Below, piece after piece: positions 7,157-14,460 of a DNA stretch of 14,460 nt (its first letter is position 1; every line of letters begins with the position of its first letter). The DNA is taken from positions 1-14,460 of the forward strand of contig DASXQR010000106.1 of assembly GCA_036507075.1 (NCBI GenBank), given 5' to 3'. The position numbers were made by a program, and so were the translations under genes. Source of the stretch: Acidobacteriota bacterium (GTDB lineage Bacteria > Acidobacteriota > UBA6911 > JACQSX01). Under the pieces are notes generated by a model. The model ran no database searches, was not told where the DNA came from, and was given only the letters and a program-made list of their open reading frames with translations.

Positions 7157-7662
7157 ATCAAAATCCAGACCGTGACGGGACTCCATAGCACCAGTTCAAG
7201 CAGCGTGTAGGGGATCGCCACCTGCAGGCTGTTCGGCTCTCCGCCGAAACGGCGATAGAGCGGCACCAGAAAACTTTCATATCCAAAAGGTTCCCGGCTG
7301 AAGGGCCATAACAGTGTTTCTCCATGTCTGGCCACGCTCGCTACGCAAAAGAAATCGAGGAAAAGATGCGACAGAAGAACCAGGTAGATGACCAGCCAGT
7401 CGCGCCATACGGTCACCCATCCGGCCCGCTTGCCGACAAAAAATGCCGCCAGAGACGCCACCAGCGTAAACGTAAATGAGTGTGTGAAGGTCCGATGGTA
7501 CTGGCGCAGGCCAAGGCCAAGAGCCGCTACAAAAAAGAAATCGAAATCAGGAAGAATCGAAAGCGTGAGCCAGAACAGGGCCTTCCCGGGCGAGTGAATC
7601 CTTTGTCCGAACGCCGTTGCGATTCCGCAGCCGAGGCTAAAGTGGGCGAGAGGAAAGGCCAT
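7126..7662 (-). CDS. Membrane-bound metal-dependent hydrolase (YdjM-like)
   Basis: N-terminal His, SILPDFD, HRTFTHS, SHLFLD and LLWPF motifs with several TM helices. Confidence 0.85.
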   Translation of the reverse strand: MAFPLAHFSLGCGIATAFGQRIHSPGKALFWLTLSILPDFDFFFVAALGLGLRQYHRTFTHSFTFTLVASLAAFFVGKRAGWVTVWRDWLVIYLVLLSHLFLDFFCVASVARHGETLLWPFSREPFGYESFLVPLYRRFGGEPNSLQVAIPYTLLELVLWSPVTVWILITNSCPKNSC

Positions 7663-7665
7663 CGG

Positions 7666-7880
7666 TCATTGTCAGTGGTCAGTGGTCAGTGGTCCGTTGT
7701 CAGTGGTCAGTGGTCAGTGGTCAGTGGTGTCAGTTGTCAGTTGTCAGTTGTAGTCAGTTGTCAGTGGTTACTGACCCTATTGAGCCCGTCATGGGCTGCA
7801 ATTACTATTCCCTGAATTTGCAAAAGGAGAACCGACAACGGACAACTGGCCACTGACAACGGACCACTGACAACGGACAA
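7666..7880. repeat. Palindromic heptamer-array element 4: (GTCAGTK)n - spacer - (MACKGAC)n
   Basis: Left arm ~7666-7767, spacer ~7768-7830, right arm ~7831-7880. GTCAGTGGTCCGTTGTCAGTGG has an exact reverse complement in the right arm. Confidence 0.92.
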
Positions 7881-7890
7881 GTTCGGCGCC

Positions 7891-8115
7891 TCAGCGTTCC
7901 GGATAGACCTGTGCTCCGCTCTTCTCATCCACGATTGTAATTGCCTCGGTTGGGCAGCCTTGGGCGGCATCGCGGATCGACTTTTCGGGATCTCCGGCAG
8001 GGTTTGTGACAACGGACAAGCCCGAGTCATCGAGCGCGAAAGTATTGGGCGCTTCGGAAACACAAATTCCTGACCCGATACATTTGCTGTGATCGACAGT
8101 GATTTTCCATCCCAT
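7891..8115 (-). CDS. Monocluster ferredoxin, probably [3Fe-4S]
   Basis: 74 aa. ITVDHSKCIGSGIC...AP..F...AAQGCPTEAI gives C-x2-S-x2-C...CP. GGAGG RBS upstream. Confidence 0.9.
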   Translation of the reverse strand: MGWKITVDHSKCIGSGICVSEAPNTFALDDSGLSVVTNPAGDPEKSIRDAAQGCPTEAITIVDEKSGAQVYPER

Positions 8116-8142
8116 AAGTCCTCCGAAATTGTTACAACCTGG

Positions 8143-8195
8143 CTTGGTGGCTTGGTGCCTTGGTGGTCCGAGTTTTCAACCACAAAGGCGCCAAG
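8143..8195. repeat. Palindromic 8-mer element (CTTGGTGS)n-spacer-ACCACAAAGGCGCCAAG
   Basis: CTTGGTGG CTTGGTGC CTTGGTGGT, 11-nt spacer, right arm 15/17 identical to the reverse complement of the left arm. Same architecture as 4220-4283. Confidence 0.75.
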
Positions 8196-8240
8196 TCAGT
8201 CGAATTACATGAATTCGTAACCCGAAAACCCGCAATCGGA

Positions 8241-9419
8241 TCACATTCTATCAACTTGCCGCTTACTCTTCCCTGGTTGCTGCGCGGCAATGCGCGAGAG
8301 AATCCCCACGGCGGCCGAACAAAGTGGAAGGATGGAAATCGCTGTGACAATTCCCCTGCGCAGGGCAATCTGACCGATCGTTGCCGGCACACTCATTCCG
8401 CCCAGTGTGGAGCAGGCGAATAAAGCCCCGAAGACAGCGCCGGAGTTTTGGCTGAACCGGGCTCCCATAATCGACAGTGCTGTGGGAAAAATTCCCGCCA
8501 GCGCGTAGCCGAGAAGAAAAACGCCTGCCACTTGCACAACCAGGGTTTTTGAATAGAGCATCAGCAGCCAGGCCAAGGCGGCAGTGAATGCGGAGAAAAA
8601 CATGAATCGTATCTCCGGAACACGCTTCAGCCAGAACCCGACGCCCAGTCGCGCAACCATTACGGCGCCCCAAAACAGCGCCAGGACCCAGGAAGCCTGC
8701 CGGTTGTCCAGCCCCCGGCCACGGGTAAACAGAGTACTGATCCAGCCGCTGGAAGAATATTCAGTTCCGCTTTGAAAGAAAAGCAGCAGCCCCATGATCA
8801 GAACCAGCGGATGAGACAGCATTTTGAGCATCGAGCCGACCGGCAGTTGATCGCGCTGCTTCGCAGATGGAAATTTCAGGAAAAGGAAAGCGGCGGCGGC
8901 CAGCACAGCAATGGCTGTGGCCGAAAACAATACTCCTTTCATTCCGAGCACCGCCAACAGGCTTCCCATCAGAAAGGGAATAAACAGGGCGCCGATGCTG
9001 AAAAACATCCCCAGCCGGTTCAAAGCAACCGTCCGGTCCTCGGGGTGCAAATCGGAAATCAGAGAATTGGTCGCATTATTCAGCGCGCCGCCCCCGAACC
9101 CGAGCAGAATACAGGCAACCGTCAGGCTGACGTAGCTTTGGGCCAGCGCCAGCACGGTAAAAGAAAACCCGATCAACAGCGGCGACACCAGAAGGGTCGT
9201 TTTGTAGCCGTTTCTGTCCACCAGCGGCCCGGCAATCAGCACGGCTGCGAATGAACCGAGGTTGAGAAAGAAAAAAAGGCTCCCAGCCTCGGCAATATTG
9301 ATATTGCGCGATTGCAGCATGAGCGGCATGATCGCGCCCAGCATCGTGAAAACGGTTCCGAAGACAAACATTCCCAGATGGCAGCCGCGCGTGAGTCCCC
9401 GAACCGACGCGTTATTCAT
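8241..9419 (-). CDS. MFS transporter (probable sugar permease)
   Basis: 392 aa, ~12 hydrophobic segments, MFS motif A GPLVDRNGYK. ATGA overlap with the SIS gene. Confidence 0.88.
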   Translation of the reverse strand: MNNASVRGLTRGCHLGMFVFGTVFTMLGAIMPLMLQSRNINIAEAGSLFFFLNLGSFAAVLIAGPLVDRNGYKTTLLVSPLLIGFSFTVLALAQSYVSLTVACILLGFGGGALNNATNSLISDLHPEDRTVALNRLGMFFSIGALFIPFLMGSLLAVLGMKGVLFSATAIAVLAAAAFLFLKFPSAKQRDQLPVGSMLKMLSHPLVLIMGLLLFFQSGTEYSSSGWISTLFTRGRGLDNRQASWVLALFWGAVMVARLGVGFWLKRVPEIRFMFFSAFTAALAWLLMLYSKTLVVQVAGVFLLGYALAGIFPTALSIMGARFSQNSGAVFGALFACSTLGGMSVPATIGQIALRRGIVTAISILPLCSAAVGILSRIAAQQPGKSKRQVDRM

Positions 9420-10174
9420 CGCGACGACCTGATCCGTTCGCGATAATGTTCAAAGATTTGCTTATTGTGGTCCGGCGCAGCTCCCGAGACGTTGGGAGAT
9501 ACAAAGGGCCTGACCGCGTGCCCCTTTGCGCGCAGCAGCACGGCCGTCTCGGAAACCAGTGCCATGGAAACTGCAACGGCTGCCAGCGTCGAGCCGGCTC
9601 CGACCTTCACCGCCAGTCCGGAAATCTCAACCTGGGCGTCTTCCGGCTCAATGCAGTTGTCAATAACGATGTCGCAGCAGTCGAAAAGCTTCTTCCCCGA
9701 AGTATGGGTAGAAGCGGCCTCCTTTTGGTTCCGGGCGGATGCCACCCCGATGACGGTCAGACCGCGGCGACGCGCCTCGAGGGCGGCTTCCAGTGGAGCT
9801 GCGTTCAAGCCGCCGTGCGAAAAAACCAGAAAAGAGTCGCGCGCCTGCAACGGAAAACTTGCAAGAAAATGCTGGATGTAGCCCGGCTGCCGCTCGAGCC
9901 ACAGCAGCTCGGGGGCGCCGCCGGGCCCGACGACGTTAAACCACATCAGCCTCGGGTCCATCAGCGGATAGAATCCGACGTAGCTTCCGTAGCGAGGAAA
10001 GATGTCGAGCACCGGAATTACCGAATGCCCGCTTCCAAAGACATAACACCATCCTCCGGCACCGATCGAATCTGCGATCGCTTGGGAGGCTCGTCGAATG
10101 GCAGGCAGTTGGCTTGATTCAATTCTCTTGAGGATTTCCTGAGCCCGATTCAGGTAAGTTTCCGATGACATCAC
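9416..10174 (-). CDS. SIS-domain (sugar isomerase) protein, UPF0309-like
   Basis: VFGSGHS, FPRYGS, FSHGGLNAAPLE, VIGV-S, DIVIDN and GSTLA motifs. GGAG RBS; start is GTG 10174 or ATG 10171. Confidence 0.85.
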   Translation of the reverse strand: MMSSETYLNRAQEILKRIESSQLPAIRRASQAIADSIGAGGWCYVFGSGHSVIPVLDIFPRYGSYVGFYPLMDPRLMWFNVVGPGGAPELLWLERQPGYIQHFLASFPLQARDSFLVFSHGGLNAAPLEAALEARRRGLTVIGVASARNQKEAASTHTSGKKLFDCCDIVIDNCIEPEDAQVEISGLAVKVGAGSTLAAVAVSMALVSETAVLLRAKGHAVRPFVSPNVSGAAPDHNKQIFEHYRERIRSSR

Positions 10175-10205
10175 CGCTCCATTTCAAGAATTTGAGTCAG
10201 AACTT

Positions 10206-11144
10206 TCATGTGCGTTCCTTGGACCTTCCACGTTCAACTTTCAAACCCTCGAAGCAGACGCGGGCTGCGCCCAAAAGGGAAGCTTCATACCCAAGATCAG
10301 AGCCGGCCAATCGAACTTTTTTGCCGCTCACAGGCTGAGCATGTAGCTCAATTGTGCGGCGAATGGTCGGTTCCATCAGGTCCAGGCCATGCCGCATTCC
10401 TCCGCCAAAGACGATAAGTTCCGGATCGAAAGCAGCAATCAGGTTGCAGAGACCCAGCCCGATATACGTCGCTGTCTGGCGCACTACTTCAAGCGCTTCG
10501 TTTTCTCCTTGACGCGCCCTGTCAAAGATCGACCGGGGCTCCTCCCGGCGACCCGAAACGTCGGCATATCGTCTTGACAGCGCCGGACCGGCCGCCGCTT
10601 CTTCCCAGGTCAATGGAATCTTCTTCTCACCGAAAAGCGCCGGCAAGATGAACCATCCCACTGCGCCCGCCACTGAATGCGCGCCCGAAACGGTTCGGCC
10701 GTCGCACATAACGCCCATTCCGATGCCTGTGCCGATGATCAAGTAGATGCAGTTGATACAATCGCGCGCACAGCCCAGCCAGGCCTCGCCCATCAGGCTT
10801 GCGTTGCGATCACTTTCGATAAAGACCGGAACAGTCAGCCGTTCCGTCAGGAGTCTTCGCAGCGGGATCCAGTCCCAACCGGGAACATTCGGCGCCCAAA
10901 CCCTTTCTTCTGCAGGATCCCAGATGCCGGGCACCGCAAGGCCCCACGCCATTACCGCCGATGTCGTTTCAGCGGTGGCCCGCTGATAAGAGCGCACGAG
11001 CTGATCGAGCGATGCTTCAAGCCCGGTTCTGGAGATATTCTCCTCGTGCACGCACAGTCGCTCCCCCGAACTCGACACCACCGCAGTGGCTATTTTGGTG
11101 CCGCCGACGTCGGTTGCCACCACCCACTGACGCACTGTATCCAT
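10206..11144 (-). CDS. ROK family sugar kinase
   Basis: DVGGTKI, GLAVPG, APNVPGW, ESDRNA..GE.W.G, IGTGIGMG, AGAVGW, FDPELIVFGGG and LLGAA. No N-terminal HTH, so kinase rather than repressor. Start placed at MDTVRQ (11144) because the track's extension to 11492 runs through repeats; a slightly earlier GTG/TTG start is possible. Confidence 0.88.
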   Translation of the reverse strand: MDTVRQWVVATDVGGTKIATAVVSSSGERLCVHEENISRTGLEASLDQLVRSYQRATAETTSAVMAWGLAVPGIWDPAEERVWAPNVPGWDWIPLRRLLTERLTVPVFIESDRNASLMGEAWLGCARDCINCIYLIIGTGIGMGVMCDGRTVSGAHSVAGAVGWFILPALFGEKKIPLTWEEAAAGPALSRRYADVSGRREEPRSIFDRARQGENEALEVVRQTATYIGLGLCNLIAAFDPELIVFGGGMRHGLDLMEPTIRRTIELHAQPVSGKKVRLAGSDLGYEASLLGAARVCFEGLKVERGRSKERT

Positions 11145-11228
11145 TTGAGCCGGCCCGAGACGTGGCGAGTCTATCGTTTCATCCAGACGGTCTACAATCA
11201 CCAATCCGCGGTTCAGTAGTGAGAGGAT

Positions 11229-11308
11229 GTCAGTGGTCCGTTGTCCGTGGTCCGTAGAGACTCTGAAAGTCGAAAGTCCGCGACTACTGACAACGGGCGA
11301 CGGACAAC
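11229..11308. repeat. Palindromic heptamer-array element 5 (GTCMGTK family, short)
   Basis: GTCAGTG GTCCGTT GTCCGTG GTCCGTAG, 26-nt spacer containing GAAAGTC twice, then CTACTGAC AACGGGC GACGGAC AAC. Confidence 0.8.
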
Positions 11309-11370
11309 CCTGTGTCCCCTGTACTACTAACCATGAGAATTTTCGCGGCCTGCACAAATTATTTGGGAGC

Positions 11371-11398
11371 GGAGAGACGGCCCTCGGGCCGTCTCTCC
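11371..11398. repeat. REP-like hairpin GGAGAGACGGCC-CTCG-GGCCGTCTCTCC
   Basis: Perfect 12-bp stem with 4-nt loop. Related copies at 11928-11952 and 11992-12016. Confidence 0.8.
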
Positions 11399-11472
11399 TT
11401 GACTTTTGGTTGCGGCTTCGCCGCGCTAAGCCTCTGTGGTGAAGTTCTTCCTCAATCCGGAATCCGTCCAGG

Positions 11473-11501
11473 TTGACAAAGCGCAGTGGCACTCTTACTA
11501 T
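11473..11501 (+). promoter_or_regulatory. Sigma-70 promoter of the FmdB-family gene
   Basis: TTGACA (11473-11478), 17-nt spacer, TACTAT (11496-11501). AGGAGG RBS before ATG 11547. Confidence 0.8.
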
Positions 11502-11546
11502 CTATCGGGCTGAGACCCGCGCCAGTGCTGAGTTTCAGGAGGACGA

Positions 11547-11885
11547 ATGCCCTTATACGAATACCAGTGTTCCGAATGTGGAAACAACTTCGAGGTGATC
11601 CAGAAGTTCGCTGATCCACCTGTGGACAAGTGCCCCAAGTGCGGAGGCAAAGTGGATAAGAAACTATCCGCGCCGGCAATTCAGTTTAAAGGCCAGGGCT
11701 GGTACATCACTGATTACTCACGCAAAGGCGGGGAATCCAAGCCCGATTCAACGAAAGAATCGAAAGCGGGAGAAGCGAAAACAGAAGGCGCCAAAGAACC
11801 CTCAAAAACAGAGCCATCTAAAGAGACGTCTAAAGAAACCCCAAAAAAAGACTCTTCCCCGAAGGAAAAGGCGAGCGTGGGATAA
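11547..11885 (+). CDS. FmdB-family zinc ribbon protein
   Basis: MPLYEYQCSECG..FE...CPKCGG...S...FKGQGWYITDY followed by a low-complexity K/E/S/T tail. Confidence 0.9.
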   Translation: MPLYEYQCSECGNNFEVIQKFADPPVDKCPKCGGKVDKKLSAPAIQFKGQGWYITDYSRKGGESKPDSTKESKAGEAKTEGAKEPSKTEPSKETSKETPKKDSSPKEKASVG

Positions 11886-11892
11886 GTATCAA

Positions 11893-12058
11893 GGCCGCTG
11901 TAAGCGGCCAGCGCGGCTTCGCCGCGCGGAGAGACGTCCTGAGGGACGTCTCAGGGAATGTCGCAGGATTGCCCTGCCGTCGACTTCGCCCGAGACGGCC
12001 ATCGGGCCGTCTCTCCACTCTCAAAAATGTCCAAACTCCATGGCCGCTGTAAGCGCCT
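11893..12058. repeat. Hairpin cluster with an inverted REP-like doublet in the convergent FmdB/galU gap
   Basis: GGCCGCTGTAAGCG at 11893 and 12042, GCGCGGC-TTC-GCCGCGC at 11911-11927, GGAGAGACGTCC-TGAG-GGACGTCTC on the plus strand and its inverted partner GAGACGGCC-ATCG-GGCCGTCTCTCC. Confidence 0.75.
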
Positions 12059-12092
12059 AAGAGTGACAAACCCAGGACCGCTTCGCCGAAGG

Positions 12093-13001
12093 TCAGCGGC
12101 GCGCGCCCGTTTTCTCCTGGATCAATTCAAGCCCCTGTAAGTACTTCCGAAACGGCGGTCCGAGATCCTCGCGCTTGAGGGCGAATTCCACCGTCGCTTT
12201 CAGGAACTCCAGTTTGTCGCCTGCATCAAATCTCTTCCCGCGGAATTTGAATCCGTATACCGGCTCACTCTCCATAAGGTGTCGGATTCCGTCGGTAAGC
12301 TGAATCTCTCCTCCCGTGCCGGGCTGAGTTTCCTCGAGGGCCTGAAAGATGCGTGGAGTGAGCGCGTAACGGCCGATGACCGCCAGCCGCGAAGGGGCGT
12401 CCCGGGGCGACGGTTTTTCCACCACATTGCGCAAGCGAAACAATCGATTCCCGCCGGCTGGATCTTCTTCCGGATCGATAATCCCGTAACGATCCACCGC
12501 GGACGGCTCCACATCCATAACGGCCAGAATGGAGGTGCCGGTCTTCTGAAACATCTCCATCAGTTGCTTCATAACGGGCACTTCCGCGTCAATGATGTCA
12601 TCGCCGAGCAATACGGCAAAAGGTTCGTCGCCCACCAGTCGCTGCGCCATTAACACGGCGTGACCGAGACCCAGGGCCTCCTTTTGGCGCACATAGGAAA
12701 CGTGGATCAGTTCGGAGATCTGCTGCACCTGGCGCAGCAAATCCAGTTTGTTGCGCGAACTGAGAATGGATTCAAGCTCGTAGGAAACATCGAAGTGATC
12801 TTCGATGGAATTTTTCCCGCGGCCCGTCACCATTATGATGTTGTCAATCCCCGACTGAACGGCCTCTTCGACAACGTACTGGATGATCGGCTTATCCACC
12901 AGGGGAAGCATTTCCTTGGGCTGGGCTTTGGTTGCCGGCAGGAATCGCGTCCCCAGTCCGGCGGCTGGAAAAACTGCTTTTCGAATCTGGTTTGGAGTCA
13001 T
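12093..13001 (-). CDS. galU: UTP--glucose-1-phosphate uridylyltransferase
   Basis: KAVFPAAGLGTRFLPATKAQPKEMLPLVDKP, RQKEALGLGHAV, FAVLLGDD, VEKP and GGEIQLTD. Confidence 0.97.
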   Translation of the reverse strand: MTPNQIRKAVFPAAGLGTRFLPATKAQPKEMLPLVDKPIIQYVVEEAVQSGIDNIIMVTGRGKNSIEDHFDVSYELESILSSRNKLDLLRQVQQISELIHVSYVRQKEALGLGHAVLMAQRLVGDEPFAVLLGDDIIDAEVPVMKQLMEMFQKTGTSILAVMDVEPSAVDRYGIIDPEEDPAGGNRLFRLRNVVEKPSPRDAPSRLAVIGRYALTPRIFQALEETQPGTGGEIQLTDGIRHLMESEPVYGFKFRGKRFDAGDKLEFLKATVEFALKREDLGPPFRKYLQGLELIQEKTGARR

Positions 13002-13018
13002 CTCTTTTGCTTTCTATA

Positions 13019-13166
13019 CACGAATTTTCACGAATGACACGAATTTCACGAATCCTATAACTTAAGTTAGGCACGAATTTTCACGAATGAGACGAATTTC
13101 ACGAATCTTCTAAATAACTTCGTGCGATTCGTGTAAATTCGTGAAAATTCGGCTCAATCTTTTCGT
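13019..13166. repeat. CACGAAT 9/10-mer element with a duplicated block and an inverted arm
   Basis: 36-nt block CACGAATTTTCACGAATGA(C/G)ACGAATTTCACGAATC at 13019-13054 and 13072-13107 (one mismatch), then reverse-complement (A)TTCGTG units at ~13119-13166. Confidence 0.9.
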
Positions 13167-13192
13167 GCTCAATCTAAAAGAGTATAGCGCAA

Positions 13193-14460
13193 ATGCTGGA
13201 CAGGGCTTTTATTCGGGACAACATCAACCGGCTGAGGAAATCCCTGGCGGACCGCAATTGGGATATCGAGCTGGGTCGGTTCGAAGAACTTGACCGGCAG
13301 GAAAGAGACGTTCGAAAGCGGGTGGAAGAGCTGCGCGCCGAGCGAAACAGCAGCAGCAAGCAGATCGGAACATTGAGCAAACAGGGTACCGATACGGCCC
13401 CTCTGCGCCGGCGAATGGCCGAGGTGGGAGACGAAATCAGTTCTTTGGAAAAGCAATTGGCGGAACTGGAAACCGCCCTGGACCAGTTTCTCGCGGAAAT
13501 TCCAAACATTCCCCACGAGAGCGTCCCGGTTGGAACCGACGAGACCGCCAACAAAGTGATTCGCAGGGTCGGCGAGCCTGGGCCGATGGATTTTGCGGTT
13601 AAGGACCATCTGGAGATCGGCAGCCGTCTGGGTATTCTGGATGTCGAAAGAGCGGCAAAAATCACGGGCGCCCGCTTTGCGAATTATTGGAGCGCCGGCG
13701 CCCGAATGGAGCGAGCGCTCATCAATTTCATGCTTGATATTCACACGCACGAACACGGCTATCGCGAAGTATTGCCGCCGTTCATCGTCAATGATCGGTC
13801 CCTCTTTGGCACCGGCCAGCTTCCCAGGTTCAAGGCGGATCTATTCAAGCTGGAAGGCCTGGAATACTATTTGATTCCTACGGCCGAAGTGCCGGTGACG
13901 AACCTGTACCGTGACGAAGTGCTGGAAGCCGACTCTCTGCCGCTGCGCCTGACGGCCTATACGCCATGTTTTCGCAGCGAAGCCGGCTCTTACGGTAAGG
14001 ACGCGCGCGGTCTGATCCGCCAGCACCAGTTTAACAAGGTGGAGCTGGTTTGCTTCTGTCGTCCCGAGGAATCTTACCAGGAACTGGAACGGCTCACCGG
14101 CGCGGCGGAAAAAATCCTGCAGAAACTCGGACTTCCCTATCAGGTAGTGGCGCTCAGCACGGGCGATTTAGGTTTTGCATCTGCCAAGACCTATGACCTG
14201 GAGGTCTGGGTTCCGAGCCAGAAAAAGTATCGCGAAATTTCTTCCTGCAGTAATTTTGAAGATTTCCAGGCGCGGCGGGCGAATATCCGTTTTCGCGCCG
14301 AGCCAAAAGGAAAACCCCGCCTGGTGCACACTCTGAACGGGTCCGGGCTGGCCGTGGGTCGCACCTGGCTCGCAATCCTCGAAAACTACCAGCAGCAGGA
14401 CGGATCGGTTCGAATCCCGGATGCGCTGGTGTCGTATATGGATGGGATTAAGGAAATTCG
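13193..14460 (+). CDS. serS: Serine--tRNA ligase (3' end just beyond the window)
   Basis: Manual translation from ATG 13193: [10 protein letters not shown]...[10 protein letters not shown]...[12 protein letters not shown]...GTGQLPRF...YLIPTAEVP...[26 protein letters not shown]...EISSCSN...[13 protein letters not shown]...[13 protein letters not shown]. No stop before the window end. Confidence 0.97.
   Translation, partial: MLDRAFIRDNINRLRKSLADRNWDIELGRFEELDRQERDVRKRVEELRAERNSSSKQIGTLSKQGTDTAPLRRRMAEVGDEISSLEKQLAELETALDQFLAEIPNIPHESVPVGTDETANKVIRRVGEPGPMDFAVKDHLEIGSRLGILDVERAAKITGARFANYWSAGARMERALINFMLDIHTHEHGYREVLPPFIVNDRSLFGTGQLPRFKADLFKLEGLEYYLIPTAEVPVTNLYRDEVLEADSLPLRLTAYTPCFRSEAGSYGKDARGLIRQHQFNKVELVCFCRPEESYQELERLTGAAEKILQKLGLPYQVVALSTGDLGFASAKTYDLEVWVPSQKKYREISSCSNFEDFQARRANIRFRAEPKGKPRLVHTLNGSGLAVGRTWLAILENYQQQDGSVRIPDALVSYMDGIKEI

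Noticed and set aside
11145..11492. N-terminal extension of the ROK ORF as a possible HTH repressor domain
   Set aside because: It runs through element 5, REP-like hairpins and the FmdB promoter, and shows no HTH pattern.
203..13166. CRISPR array interpretation of the repeats
   Set aside because: Units are 7-10 nt and contiguous, with no 23-50-nt repeats separated by regular unique spacers and no cas genes.
13169..14375. Track ORFs 13169-13756, 13174-13665, 13593-13874, 13841-14026 and 14154-14375
   Set aside because: Shadow frames of serS, which the track omitted because its stop lies outside the window.

Overview
Bacterial chromosomal window with moderately high GC; gene content is compatible with an Acidobacteria-like organism (inference only). 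In order: tRNA-Pro(TGG) on the minus strand with a possible integration-site flank at 1-92, rph, an N-acetylmuramoyl-L-alanine amidase, a GerMN-domain protein, tRNA-Sec (selC), a YheT-like alpha/beta hydrolase, a putative sigma-54-driven 55-aa membrane protein, a stand-alone tandem-ACT protein resembling the GlnD C-terminus, a minus-strand run (ROK kinase, SIS protein, MFS transporter, ferredoxin, YdjM-like hydrolase), an FmdB-type zinc ribbon protein, galU, and serS (runs off the right edge and is missing from the ORF track). The most striking signal is non-coding. Most intergenic gaps hold a palindromic element whose arms are short tandem repeats in mirror orientation around a unique spacer. 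At least five unit families occur: RGGCAGR, GTCMGTK and GGAATGY heptamers, CACAAAG/CACCAAG 8-9-mers and CACGAAT 9-10-mers. One is a 300-bp nested inverted repeat next to selC. REP-like hairpins also occur. No transposase, integrase or other trans-acting gene for these elements is in the window.
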